Under the pieces are notes generated by a model. It did no database searches and was not told the origin of the DNA. It saw nothing but the letters and a program-made list of their open reading frames with translations. This document shows, one piece after another, positions 37,550 through 50,800 of a stretch of 64,000 nucleotides of DNA. The stretch is from positions 305,040,001-305,104,000 of the forward strand of contig OZ024740.1 of the NCBI GenBank assembly GCA_964016885.1, given 5' to 3'. Every line of letters begins with the position of its first letter. Position 1 is the first letter of the stretch. The stretch comes from Eledone cirrhosa (Eukaryota). Made by a program: the position numbers and the translations under genes.

Positions 37550-38162
37550 TGCCACCACTACCACCACCACCACAACATCAACAACAACAACAGCAACAAC
37601 CACCACCACCACAACCACCACAACCACCACCACTGCCACCACTACAACCACAACCACCATCACCACCACAACCACCACCACCGCCACCACCACAACCACC
37701 ACCACAACCACAACCACCACCACCGCCACCACCACCACAACCACCACCACAACCTCAACCACAACCACCACCACCACCACAACCACCACCACCACCACAA
37801 CCACCACCACAACCACAACCACCACCACCGCCACCACCACCACAACCACCACCACCACCACCAACACAACCACCACAACCACCACCACCACTGCAACCAC
37901 CACCACCACCACCCCAACCACCACCACCACAACCACCACCACAATCGCCACAACCACCACCACCACCACCACCACAACCACCACAACCACCACCACCACT
38001 GCAACCACCACCACCACCACCCCAACCACCACCACCACAACCACCACCACAACCACCACCACAACCACCACAACCACCACCACAACCACCACCACCACAA
38101 CCACCACCACCATCACGATGATGATGACAATGACAACAACAACGACAATGACGATGATGATG
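37550..38162. repeat. (CCA/CAA)n compound trinucleotide microsatellite with a (GAT/GAC)n end
   Basis: Seen directly. Gives poly-P, poly-V and poly-W artefact ORFs. Confidence 0.93.
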
Positions 38163-38758
38163 TTTAAATTAAATTTTTGCCTATTTTCATTTACTGTATT
38201 GCTGTTGAATTTAATGACTCATGTGCAAAAACATTGGATCTTCATTTGAGTCATCATTTGATAATTTGATTCATCATTTAAAAATTTGACTCAACTTTCC
38301 AAACGATGAACCATTATTTTGAAGTTAAGGTAGTTTATAAAATAGAATTCCTACATGCTACGTATATCTCTGTCAAATTACATTGATCAAGCAACATTTT
38401 GCCAAGATATATAGATGCCGTCCTTCTCAATGAAAACAATCCAAATATAAATAAAACTCGCTCAGACTTCATTGATGATCCAACTATTCATTAATGGGTT
38501 CTCATTTTATATATAATGTATGTAGCTCTGTATCTGTGTATGTGTGTGCTGATGGTAATCTACTGAAAAATGTAACAGGTTTGTATATATATATGTGCCT
38601 ATGTGTCTGTCTGTTTGTGTATGTGTGTTTGTGTGTATTAATTGACATGTATATATGGACCCGTCCAACCCTTGCCAGCAGGGAAAAGCCGATGTAAAAT
38701 GATGATGATGATGATATGACTGTATGTGTTTGTGTATGGAGTATAGCCTATATACTGG

Positions 38759-38789
<31 letters not shown>

Positions 38790-38977
38790 CTGTGTGTGTA
38801 TATATATATACACACATACATGCTTTATATACAAAACAATTTTTTTTTTCCTTTTCATCTAGATACGTTCTATCACTGCCTTTTAAAACAAGATAAACTT
38901 ATACAAGAAAATATTTTTTTTGTTTCTGCTACTGCCCAGTCTCCTCTATCTTTCTATTTCTTTAATTTCTCATTCTA

Positions 38978-39015
38978 TTTTCTGATGAAGGACTAGTGTC
39001 TGAAACATTAAGACT
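38978..39015 (+). ncRNA. Degenerate minimal hammerhead-ribozyme-like motif (Penelope-type remnant)
   Basis: CTGATGA-A-GGAC(TAGT)GTCT-GAAAC. Stem III and the cleavage-site region are mutated (GAAACATTA). Confidence 0.4.
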
Positions 39016-39104
39016 ATTTTCCTATAATATCAAGAATAAAGCTAATAATATATTTCTTCATTATTCTGTGTTGTTTGCTTTGTTATTTCTATTTACTTTT
39101 TGTT

Positions 39105-39755
39105 TCATCATCATCATCATCATCATCACTGTTTTATCTCTATTTGTCCATGCTAGCATGAGTTAGACGAGTTGTCCTGTTGTAAGAAATGCCAGGTCAG
39201 GTGACCATGTCTTACTCATACAGAACTGATTTTGGCTTGGTTTCTACAGCTGGATGCCTTTTCTAATGCTAACCTCATTTACGGTGAGTACTGGGTGCTT
39301 TTTGCCATGACACCTACACGACCACTTTACAGTGTGAGCTGGGCACTTTTTGTCATGACACCTACACAACCACCTTACAGACTTGAGTGGTGCAATTGGG
39401 CAAGGTCAGCTTTTATCACCTCATCCCAAGTCTTCCTGGTCTCCCCACTCCAAGGCTTCTATCGACTTTGAGTGCTCTGCACCTTTTTATACAGCTGTCA
39501 TCCTTCATATGCATCACATGTCCATACCAACGCAATCTCCACTCCTGCACAGTTTCTTTCTCAGTTCATTTATGCTTTGCCATTCAAGTATATTATTATT
39601 ATTACACATTCAGCAGAGCATGCAAGCTTCATTTCTTTCCAATCTACGCAAGTCTACTGGACACAGTACCCAGATCTCACTACCATACAACATTGCTGTT
39701 CGTATGCATGTATCATACAGTCTGCCTTTCATTTTGAGGGAAAAGCCTTTAATTC
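39105..39755 (-). mobile_element. RTE-tailed SINE plus RTE LINE fragment
   Basis: (CAT)n tail and 'ctacagctggatgcc', then minus-strand KGFSLKMKGRLYDTC...RRLRWYGH. Confidence 0.75.
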
Positions 39756-39934
39756 AGATACAGAAAACACACACCCACCTCCACTCCCGCAAATATCCAT
39801 TTATTTTAATTTGATTGTCTGTTCTTTTGTATTGAATGCTTCTATTTAGAAATGAACTAATTGTATTGCTAGGAATATTACTTGTACTATTCTAGATATT
39901 GAATTTTCATACAGAGTGGTTTTCTTGATATCAC

Positions 39935-40089
39935 AACTCATTTCTACAGCTGAATGAACTGGAGCAACGTGAAATAAAGTGTCTTGCTCAAGGATACAAT
40001 GTATCACCCTGTCCAGGATTCAAACTCCCAACCATACGATTGTGAGCTCAATGCCACATGCTTTCACATATATATATACATATGTACAC

Positions 40090-40120
<31 letters not shown>

Positions 40121-40122
40121 CA

Positions 40123-40153
<31 letters not shown>

Positions 40154-40497
40154 GAAGGCCCCACTCGGTCAGGATTGACCATGGTTTTACACCTAGAAAG
40201 TTTCCCTCTGAGGCACAAGCCTGGGCAAGGTTGGTTTTGTGGAAGACCAGCAGTCGCCCATGCATACCAGTCTCCCCTCTCCATGCCACCGATGAGGTCC
40301 AAGGGAAAGGCAATGACTAATACAGCTTGGCACCAGTGACATCGCAACTCATTTCTACAGCTGAGTAAACTGGAACAACGTGAAATAAAGTGTCTTGCTC
40401 AAGGACACAATGCATCGCCCAGTCCAAGAATCGAATGCACTACCTAATGATTGCAAGCCCAATGCTCTAACCACTAAGCCATGTGCCTTCATACATA

Positions 40498-40536
<39 letters not shown>

Positions 40537-40912
40537 TTTACGTCCGCTTTTCCCTGCTTGCAAGGGTGGGATGGGAACTGATTCTGGCTTGATTTCTACA
40601 GCTGGATTCCCTTCCTAACACCAACCTCATTTACAGTGAGTGCTGGGTGCTTTTTTGCCGTGGCACCTACACATCCACTTTACAGTGAGTGCTGGTTGTT
40701 TTTTTTCCGTGGCACCTCCACGACCACTTTGCAGTGGAATGATAGGGACTGGAGTCCCTATCATCTCATTTTTACAGCTGAGTAAACTGGGAGCAATGTG
40801 AAATAAAGTGTCTTGCTCAAGGAAACAACACATCACCCAGTCTGAGAATTGAACTCACAACCTTTCGATTGCAAGGCCAATGCTCTAACCACTAAGCCAT
40901 GTGCCTCCATAC
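39935..40912 (-). mobile_element. Cluster of three CORE-type SINEs, an RTE tail and (TACA)n/(CAT)n microsatellites
   Basis: 'gcaacgtgaaataaagtgtcttgctcaagga' at about 39964, 40375 and 40793. Confidence 0.8.
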
Positions 40913-41059
40913 AAACGTATATACACACACACATACATACATATATACAAACATATATACACACATACATATATTGCTCTATGCTGTATTATCAGACAAG
41001 ATGATATATGTGTGAAGTTAAGTGAGATCAAGTGAGTGTAGGTGGGGTGTGAAAGCCAC

Positions 41060-42240
41060 TCTCCAGATATCTATTTAAAGCTGTACATAGCTATGGTGCG
41101 GCCACACTTAGAATTTGCATTGCCAGTCTGGAACCCCTATCTTGCTCAGAACATTGACCTCCTGGAAACTGTTCAGAGACATGCAACCAAGCGAATACCC
41201 TCCATGCTTCAGCAACTATGAGTGGGAAAAAATGTTTCTGAAAGCTGTGCTGTTTTCTGACTTTATTGGCATGCCCACATGTGTTAGACACATGGAATTC
41301 AAAAAGCTGCTCAGGGTTGTTGTTGGCAAGATGGTTAATAATTTTGTGAGTGTTTACCAAGTCAGTTGCCAGACGTCAGAGCTTCAATGTATCCATGCCC
41401 AGCGAAGCAAGGCGTTCAGAGTATGGTAGGTGTCTGATGGAGGGTATTCGCTTGGTTGCATGTCTCTGAATGGTTTCCAGGAAGTCAATGTTCTGAGCAA
41501 GATAGGGGTTCCAGACCGGTGATGCAAATTCTAAGTGTGGCCACACCATAGCTATATACAGCTTTAAATAAATAGCTGGAGAACGGCTGACAAAGGTCTT
41601 GCTGAGTGATGCTAAGCCTTCTTGACAATTTTAGAGATGTGCTTTGTCCAACGCAAATCACTGCTGGCCGTAATGCCCAGGTCATGTTCACAAGAAGACT
41701 TCTTGATATTAGTGTTGTGGAGGGAGTATGTGGACGTTGGGTTTTTCCTCCCAAAATGCATGTTGGTACACTTGTCCACAGCCAGCTTGAGTTGCCAGTC
41801 CATGATCCATTGCTGCATTGTGTCCAGGTCTGATTGCAGGAAAGATCTATAGTGTTCAGGATCTGTCCTTTTTATCTCAAAGTACAGCTTGATGTCATCT
41901 GCATATTTCAGTACTGTGGCATTCTTTAAGTTGGCATCTATGTCATTAATATATGCAACAAACAAAAGGGGACCAAGAACAGATCTCTGCGGTAGCCCAG
42001 ATGGCATCTCATGGGTGAAGAATGCTGTCCTAGAACTGTAACTACCTCTTTTTGACTGAGAATGAAGGACTTCAACCAGTTAAAAAGATCATCTTTCACA
42101 CCCATTGCAGAGTGTTTTGCCATAAGTCTTTTGTGTGGCACAGAATTAAAAGCTTTTGCAAAGTCAAGGTAAACAATATCCACCTATGAGCTGCCATCAG
42201 TGATCCGGGTGATGTCTTCAAGAAACTCGATAAGTTGATC
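41060..42240 (-). mobile_element. CR1/L2-group LINE RT fragment with an inverted duplication at its 3' side
   Basis: DIVYLDFAKAFNSVPH, SGLPQRSVLGPLLF, LKYADDIKL, LQSDLD. 41060-41204 is an inverted copy of 41438-41582. Confidence 0.92.
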
Positions 42241-42289
42241 ACAGCAGCTGGAGTTGGGGATAAATCCAAATTGCAAGGGCCAGATAAGA

Positions 42290-42665
42290 CTGTGTCTCTG
42301 TGTATCTGTGTGTGTATGTGTCATTGTGTGTCTGTATGGGTGTGTCTCTGTCTCTGTGTATCTGTGTGTGTATGTGTGTGTCTCTGTGTATCTGTGTGTG
42401 CATGTGTGTGTATATGTGTGTGTATGTGTATGTGTGAATATGTGTATGTGTGCATGTGTGTGTGTGTTTGTCTGTCTATATCTGTATGTATGTATGTGTA
42501 TCTGTGTATCTATATATGTATGTTTGTATGTGCATGTATCTGTATGTGTGTGTCTCTATGTGTATAGGTGTGTATGTGTATGTGTGTGTCTCTGTATATC
42601 TGTGCATCTGTATGTGTGTGCCTCTGTGTATCTATATATGTATGTGTGTATGTGTGAATGTGTAC
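42290..42665. repeat. Degenerate (TG)n microsatellite
   Basis: Seen directly. Confidence 0.9.
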
Positions 42666-43019
42666 ATAACTATTCATATGTGTTGTTGTAATTATTTAAC
42701 CCCAGGTCAGCTTTGATTGAGTCGAAGTATTATCAAAGTCAGTCCAGCTGTACCCACCTCATCTTTACTTAGTTTTCATTTAAAACTATTTTATTCTGCT
42801 AAAAATGTATCCTTCTCTTTTTGTGTGTCATTTTTAAGGTATAAGATTGAGGGGTGTGATATGAAGAAAATTTGTCTGTTATTTCTACCATGTAGTAGCT
42901 ACCTGTAGCATATACCTTTTTTTAGTGTTATCACTAAAATGGTTAGAGTGATACCTACTCTCGGGTCTCGAATAATTCCTCCACCACCACTTCCTGCTGC
43001 TTATAATGTTTTTAGATTA

Positions 43020-43215
43020 TAATTGTTTCTACTTTTTGGCACAAGGCCTGCAATTACTCAGTACATTACTGGTACTTTATTTTATCGACCCCGTAAGGAT
43101 GAAAGGCAAAGTTAACCTCGGCGGGATTTGAACTCAGATCATAAAGGAACATAAAAAGATCATACAATACATGCACCTTTGATGAGTTGTAGTGCACCTG
43201 AGCACTGTACACAAT
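43020..43215. mobile_element. Chimeric insert: SINE A (minus) fused head-to-head to a CR1 3' tail (plus)
   Basis: SINE core at 43080-43140. 'catgcacctttgatgagttgtagtgcacctgagcactgtacacaat' equals the CR1 3' end seen at 53945-53990. Flanked by the direct repeat atgtttttagattataat. Confidence 0.65.
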
Positions 43216-43429
43216 ATGTTTTTAGATTATAATGTTTTTAGATTAGGAGCATGGATAACAAGGAAAAGCAGTTATGGAGTGGGCCATAAATACTAAACAT
43301 TCCTAGGTAACATCAATACTACTTGGCACCAATGGAGGCTGTGATGCTGATATTGTTGAAATCTCCAGTTGACATTTGAATATAAGAATGTCTTGCAAGC
43401 TGTATGTAGAACATTACTTAAAATAAAGG

Positions 43430-43810
43430 TACTCACAGGTCTTGAATAGCCCCCCTCCCCGCGCTTGTTAATTTTTCAGACCCACCCTGCTCTTATTCCC
43501 ACCCCCCTCGCTTATTGAATTTTGCTAATCTATCTCTGGCGAAAATATATTTTAAGTGGTAGCACTCCTGAGACAATTAATTTTCTTTAGACATTAAAAA
43601 ACATTATATATGACTAAAAAAGTACATTACCAGAAATCTCATACGTTATAAAATAAATTTATAAAATAAATTATAAAATAAATTTATAAAATAATTTCAT
43701 TATTATTATTATTATAATATGTAAACTAAACAACTAATTCTGGTTTTTAAAAAATCAAGGGAGACAACCTAAAAATATGACCGATTTTTTCCCCCGCTCT
43801 TATTCTACCC
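43430..43810. mobile_element. Tc1/mariner-type MITE, right end missing
   Basis: Homologous to 31986-32346 and abuts the RTE endonuclease fragment. Confidence 0.7.
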
Positions 43811-43814
43811 TTCT

Positions 43815-44795
43815 TCCATTATTTGCAATCTTGAACACCTCCTGTTTCTGGTCCTCACGTTGCAAAACATGCTTGAATTTTCTATCCTCTGCTTCCCTCC
43901 TAGCTAAGTATACTTGTTGCCTAGCTTCCCTCTTGGTCTCTATGTAATGTACCCTGCTCCTCCCGTTCTTCCGTTCTTTCCATGCCTGTCTCTTGGCCTT
44001 AACTGCCTCATCTACCTTATTGTTCCACCACCAAGTCACTCTCCCCCTGCTTGTGGTCTTACTCCAGCCACAGATCTCATCCGTCGCCTCTAGTAAGTTA
44101 TTTTTTAGGGACTCCCAGTGCTCTTCTACATTGAATGTCTCTATCTGTTCTTCTTTACTGTCATAGGCGTTGAGTAAAATATCTTTAAATCTGTTACTGG
44201 CTGAGGGGTCTTTCAGCTTCCAGATCTTTCTTCTCCGGGTTGGCCTCTGTTTCTAGGTTTGTCTAGTTCTGACCATGAGATCGCTGACAACTAAGCTATG
44301 TTGGGAGGTACATTCCTCACTAGGGAAGGCTTTTGTGTTTATGACCGTCCATCTGTCACGTCCTCTGATGAGGATAAAATCTATCTGACTAGAATGCTCC
44401 CCTGATCTATAGGTGATCAGGTGGTTGTCGGGTTTTTTGAAGTTTGTGTTACATATCGACATGTCATTGGCGTCGCAGAATTCTAGAAGTCGGAATGCTT
44501 CTTCATTTCTTGTGCCGACCCCATGGCCTCCATGGACTCTATTGAAGCCGTCACAGTGTTTACCTACATGTCCGTTAAAATCTCCTGCGATGATTAGGAA
44601 GTCATTGTCGTTTGTTAGAGCAGTAGTGTGCATTAGGGACTCGTAAAACCTATCCTTAAGTTCGTCTGGCAACCCCGATTGGGGTGCGTAAGCTGATATT
44701 ATTGTGGTAATTGTTTTATTCAGGACTAGTCTGAGTTTAATGATTCTTGCATTTACCCTGTACACTGAGATTACTCTATCTACCCATTTGTCAGC
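43815..44795 (-). mobile_element. RTE LINE AP-endonuclease and linker fragment
   Basis: ISAYAPQSG, IIAGDFNGHVG, ICNTNFKK, SQIDFIL, SQHSLVV, TWWWNNKVDEAV. Confidence 0.93.
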
Positions 44796-46399
44796 TAATT
44801 ATTATTTATTATATATCCTTAATCACTCTATCAACCATATTAGCTGATCCCTCTATTGGGTCTACTTGAGATATATCCTGTCTCTTCTATGCAGTCTCCT
44901 TACTCAACAGCCACTCATAATAACACTGCTATGCTACTTTCTTTTCAGTATCAGTATTAGCAAGTGCATTACTGATTCCAAATACACTTCTCCCCAACAA
45001 TCTCTCTATTTTTTCTACAATGCTATCTTACAATCCAAAATACCTCATGTATCTGGCCCTCATGTCACATAACATGTGTAAACCTTTTATTTTCTGTTTC
45101 TCTGATAGCTAATTTTACATTATGCTTAGCTTCTCTTCTAACTACCTTATATTGCTTTCTATTGTCATCTTCATTTTTTTTCAGGCCAGTCCTTTAGCTT
45201 TCATGGAAATTATTTTTTCCAACCTGTGGTGTTCAAGGTGTCAGGTGATGCCTGTGTTTCAGCACTTTAGCCTCTCTATCACCCATGGTAATGCTGCCAG
45301 CGTGTTGGCTTGCCTCAAAACTTTCTGTTGACCCTTGTGATGTAGTGAACTGATGGTTGTTTTTGTTTGTTTTTCTTTCGCTTTGATCATATATTTATGT
45401 GTGTTTTTTTGTGAGGCTCCTAGCAATAATTAATTGTATTTATTCTATGTGTTTAAAAAAAAATCTACTATAGTATGTCATTTTCCAACTGACTGGCACC
45501 TTACATCAGCCATAGACCTAGTTCATAGACTTTAAAAGGTTGTCTCATAGAAACTTTCAGTTTTCCTCTGTGTTATAAGCCTCTGTCTCTTCCTTCCTTC
45601 TGTCATAAGCATCAACTAGAACATCTTTGAGTTTACAACTAGCCAAGGGCTCTTTCAGCTTTCATCACTTCCTTCTCCAAATTGTCATTTGCGCTTCAGT
45701 CCCTCTAGCTCTTTTTCTGAAAAAACTAATCATGAACCTATATAGGTTGGTACATTTTGGATCAGGGAAAAGTTTAGTATTTACAACCATCTGCCCATCT
45801 CGTTTTTCTGGTGAAAATAAAATTATCTGGTTTGTGTGTCTGTCTGGTTAGTAAGTCATAAGGTAGTTGAAGTTCATATTTCAAATGGTTTGGTATCAAA
45901 GAATTTCTGTAGCCTTGATTTCTCTTCATTTCTTGTACCATAGATATAGCTTCCATATATATTGAAGAAGCCATTATGGTGTTACACAATTTATACTTTA
46001 AAATCTGCAATTGTGATAAAATGGTTGCCATCATTTGCTATCAAGGTAGTCTGCAAGATGGTCTCATAAAAGCTGAATGTTACTTTTTAAATTGGTGAGT
46101 TGAATTTGTGCCCAGTCAGTGTGTGTATATGAACGTGTATCTATATGTATAAACTTATGTGTATGTTTCTACTGGAGTGTATACATACATTTGTATATGT
46201 GTGTATATTTGTAGGGAGCGTTACTTGTGCATCAGTTTATATGTATATGTGTGTATATTTGTAGAGAGTGTTATTTATGCATCACTTTGTATGTATGTAT
46301 ATGTGTGTATATTTGTAGGGAGTGTTACTTATGCATCAGTTTGTATGTATGTATATGCAAGAGAGTAATATGAAAAATAAAGTAAAGAAAAAAGAGGTT

Positions 46400-46625
46400 A
46401 GAAGAGAAAGACGGAGAAGGGGGAGTTGAAAAGAGATAGAGTGGACAAGAGAGAGAGAAAAAGAGGGGTAGAAAAGAGATAGAGTGGATAAGAGAGAGAG
46501 GTGGGACAGAGAGAAGAGGTAGAAAAGAGATCGAATGGACAAGAGAGAGGGGGAGGTAGAAAAGAGATAGAGTGGACAAGAGAGGGGAGGGTAGAAAAGA
46601 GATAGAATGGATAAAAGAGAAAGAA
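46400..46625. repeat. GA-rich minisatellite of about 35-40 bp
   Basis: 'gtagaaaagagatagagtggacaagagag' occurs about 5 times. Confidence 0.8.
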
Positions 46626-47324
46626 AGAGTTGGGCAAAAAGAATAAAGGACAACTTCAAGAGAAATGTTGAAAATTGGTGTGAACCATATAACAAGAGAA
46701 CGGAAGAAAAGGAAAGGAAGAAGAGGAGAAGTAGAGGGGGACAACAACAATAATTAAAAGACACAACAACAACAAATATTCACCATCTTCTGCTATAACT
46801 GTCATTATGCCATTCCTGCCTAAAAAAAGAATCCTTTACATAATCATAAAATGAAACCTGGAATTCCTCACATTGCCAAAATTAAAGATATTACAGTGTA
46901 TGCAACAGGAATATAACTGCAGCTCAACTAACCACCTAGTAATATATATTGTTTGCTCAAAACAGAGCAGTATAGGTGGTGGGAAGTATGGAACAAAAGA
47001 GTATTTGTAGTCACACTGTTGACAAAACATGCTGTTCTTTCTCAATGCCATGAATTCTTCCTGAAGGTACCACTGGTCACCAGCCATGTCTAATTAGAGG
47101 AAACATATTGTGCACATGTCAGGGATACATGGAAAAAATTTTTCGTCTTGTTTGAGAAAATAATATATGTATGTGCATAAGTGCGTGTAAGTTTGTATGT
47201 GTGTATGGGTTTATACGAGTGTGTATATGTAACTTTATATGCACACATGCACACACACATACAAACACACAAACACACAAACACACACATCCACCTATTT
47301 GTCTATATCTATTATTTTGTTATC

Positions 47325-47651
<327 letters not shown>

Positions 47652-47839
47652 TTAGTTTATTCAGTAGAAACTGGCAAAGTATCTAAATAGATATTGTTAC
47701 ATTTTTAGACATCACTCGAAAACACTAAATTGGAACTTGAAATGTAAACTTATCTAATACGAAATTAGAGTTACAAATTCAATTATCGTCTGTAGTACTA
47801 GCTTTAGTGCCATCATCATCATCATCATTGTCATAACCC

Positions 47840-50800
47840 CTATCACTAACTACCACTACCACCACCACCATCAACAACACCACCACCACCACCACCACTA
47901 CCACCACTACCACCAACATCAACCACAACACCAACATCAACAACAACAACATCAACCACCATCACTAACCACCACTACCACCACCACCAATAACAACAAC
48001 ACCATCACTAACTACCACTACTACCACCACCACCACCACAACAACAACAAATAACAACAACACCACCATCACTAACTACCACTACTACCACCACCACCAC
48101 CACAACAACAACAAATAACAACAACACCACCATCACTAACTACCACTACTACCACCACCAACAACAACAACACCACCATCACTAACTACCACTACTACCA
48201 CCACCACCAACAACAACACCACCATCACTAACTACCACTACTACCACCACCAACAACAACAACACCACCATCACTAACTACCACTACTACCACCACCACC
48301 AACAACACCACCATCAGTAACTACCACTACTACCACCACCACCAACAACAACACCACCATCACTAACTACCACTACTACCACCACCAACAACAACAACAC
48401 CACCATCACTAACGACCACTACTACCACCAACAACAACAACAACACCACCATCACTAACTACCACTACTACCACCACCAACAACAACAACACCACCATCA
48501 CTAACTACCACTACTACCACCACCACCAACAACAACAGCACCATCACTAACTACCACTACTACCACCACCAACAACAACAACACCACCATCACTAACTAC
48601 CACTACTACCACCACCAACAACAACAACACCACCATCACTAACTACCACTACTACCACCACCACCAACAACAACAGCACCATCACTAACTACCACTATTA
48701 CCACGACCAACAACAACAACACCACCATCACTAACTACCACTACTACCACCACCAACAACAACAACACCACCATCACTAACTACCACTATTACCACCACC
48801 AACAACAACAACACCACCATCACTAACTACCACTACTACCACTACCACCAACAACAACAACACCACCATCACTAACTACCACTACTACCACCACCAACAA
48901 CAACAACACCACCATCACTAACTACCACTACTACCACCACCACCAACAACAACAACACCACCATCACTAACTACCACTACTACCACCACCAACAACAACA
49001 ACAACAACATCACTAACTACCACTACTACCACCACCAACAACAACAACACCACCATCACTAACTACCACTACTACCACCACCAACAACAACAACACCACC
49101 ATCACTAACTACCACTACTACTACCACCACCACCAACAACACCACCATCACTAACTACCACTACTACCACCACCAACAACAACAACAACAACATCACTAA
49201 CTACCACTACTACCACCACCAACAACAACAACACCACCATCACTAACTACCACTACTACCACCACCACCAACAACAACACCACCATCACTAACTACCACT
49301 ACTACCACCACCACCAACAACAACACCACCATCACTAACTACCACTACTACCACCACCAACAACAACAACAACAACATCACTAACTACCACTACTACCAC
49401 CACCAACAATAACAACACCACCATCACTAACTACCACCACTACCACCACCACCAACAACAACAACAACATCACTAACTACCACTACCACCACCACCAACA
49501 ACAACAACAACATCACTAACTACCACTACTACCACTACCAACAACAACAACACCACCATCACTAACTACCACTACTACCACCACCAACAACAACACCACC
49601 ATCACTAACTACCACTACTACCACCACCACCAACAACAACAACACCACCATCACTAACTACCACTACTACCACCACCACCAACAACAACAACACCACCAT
49701 CACTAACTACCACTACTACCACTACCACCAACAACAACAACACCACCATCACTAACTACCACTACTACCACCACCACCAACAACAACACCACCATCACTA
49801 ACTACCACTACTACTACCACCACCAACAACAACAACACCACCATCACTAACTACCACTACTACCACTACCACCAACAACAACAACACCACCATCACTAAC
49901 TACCACTACTACCACCACCACCAACAACAACACCACCATCACTAACTACCACTACTACCACCACCAACAACAACAACACCACCATCACTAACTACCACTA
50001 CTACCACCACCAACAACAACAACAACAACATCACTAACTACCACTACTACCACCACCAACAACAACAACACCACCATCACTAACTACCACTACTACCACC
50101 ACCACCAACAACAATACCACCATCACTAACTACCACTACTACCACCACCAACAACAACAACACCACCATCACTAACTACCACTACCACCACCACCAACAA
50201 CAACACCACCATCACTAACTACCACTACTACCACCACCAACAACAACAACACCACCATCACTAACTACCACTACTACCACCACCACCAACAACAACACCA
50301 CCATCACTAACTACCACTACCACTACCACCAACAACAACAACAACACCACCATCACTAACTACCACTACTACCACCACCAACAACAACAACAACATCACT
50401 AACTACCACTACTACCACCACCACCAACAACAACACCACCATCACTAACTACCACTACCACCACCACCAACAACAACACCACCATCACTAACTACCACTA
50501 CTACCACCACCAACAACAACAACAACATCACTAACTACCACTACTACCACCACCACCAACAACAACACCACCATCACTAACTACCACTACTACCACCACC
50601 AACAACAACAACAACATCACTAACTACCACTACTACCACCACCACCAACAACAACAACAACATCACTAACTACCACTACTACCACCACCAACAACAACAA
50701 CACCACCATCACTAACTACCACCACTACTACCACCACCAACAACAACAACAACATCACTAACTACCACTACTACCACCACCAACAACAACAACACCACCA

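Noticed and set aside
37489-38121. 210-aa proline-rich ORF resembling an extensin or formin
   Set aside because: It is a pure (CCA/CAA)n microsatellite open in several frames on both strands, with no flanking domain or convincing splice context.
25200-44795. RTE endonuclease (43815-44795) and RT (25200-27112) fragments as one element split by a 16-kb insertion
   Set aside because: Order and strand fit, but the two overlap by about 20 codons with clearly different sequence (KFKHVLQREDQKQEVFKIA vs RFANVLRQEDQRLFHIA), so they are separate copies.
45774-47087. Minus-strand ORFs of 86 and 83 aa as exons
   Set aside because: No recognisable homology and no convincing donor/acceptor pairs. They cannot be supported without transcript data.
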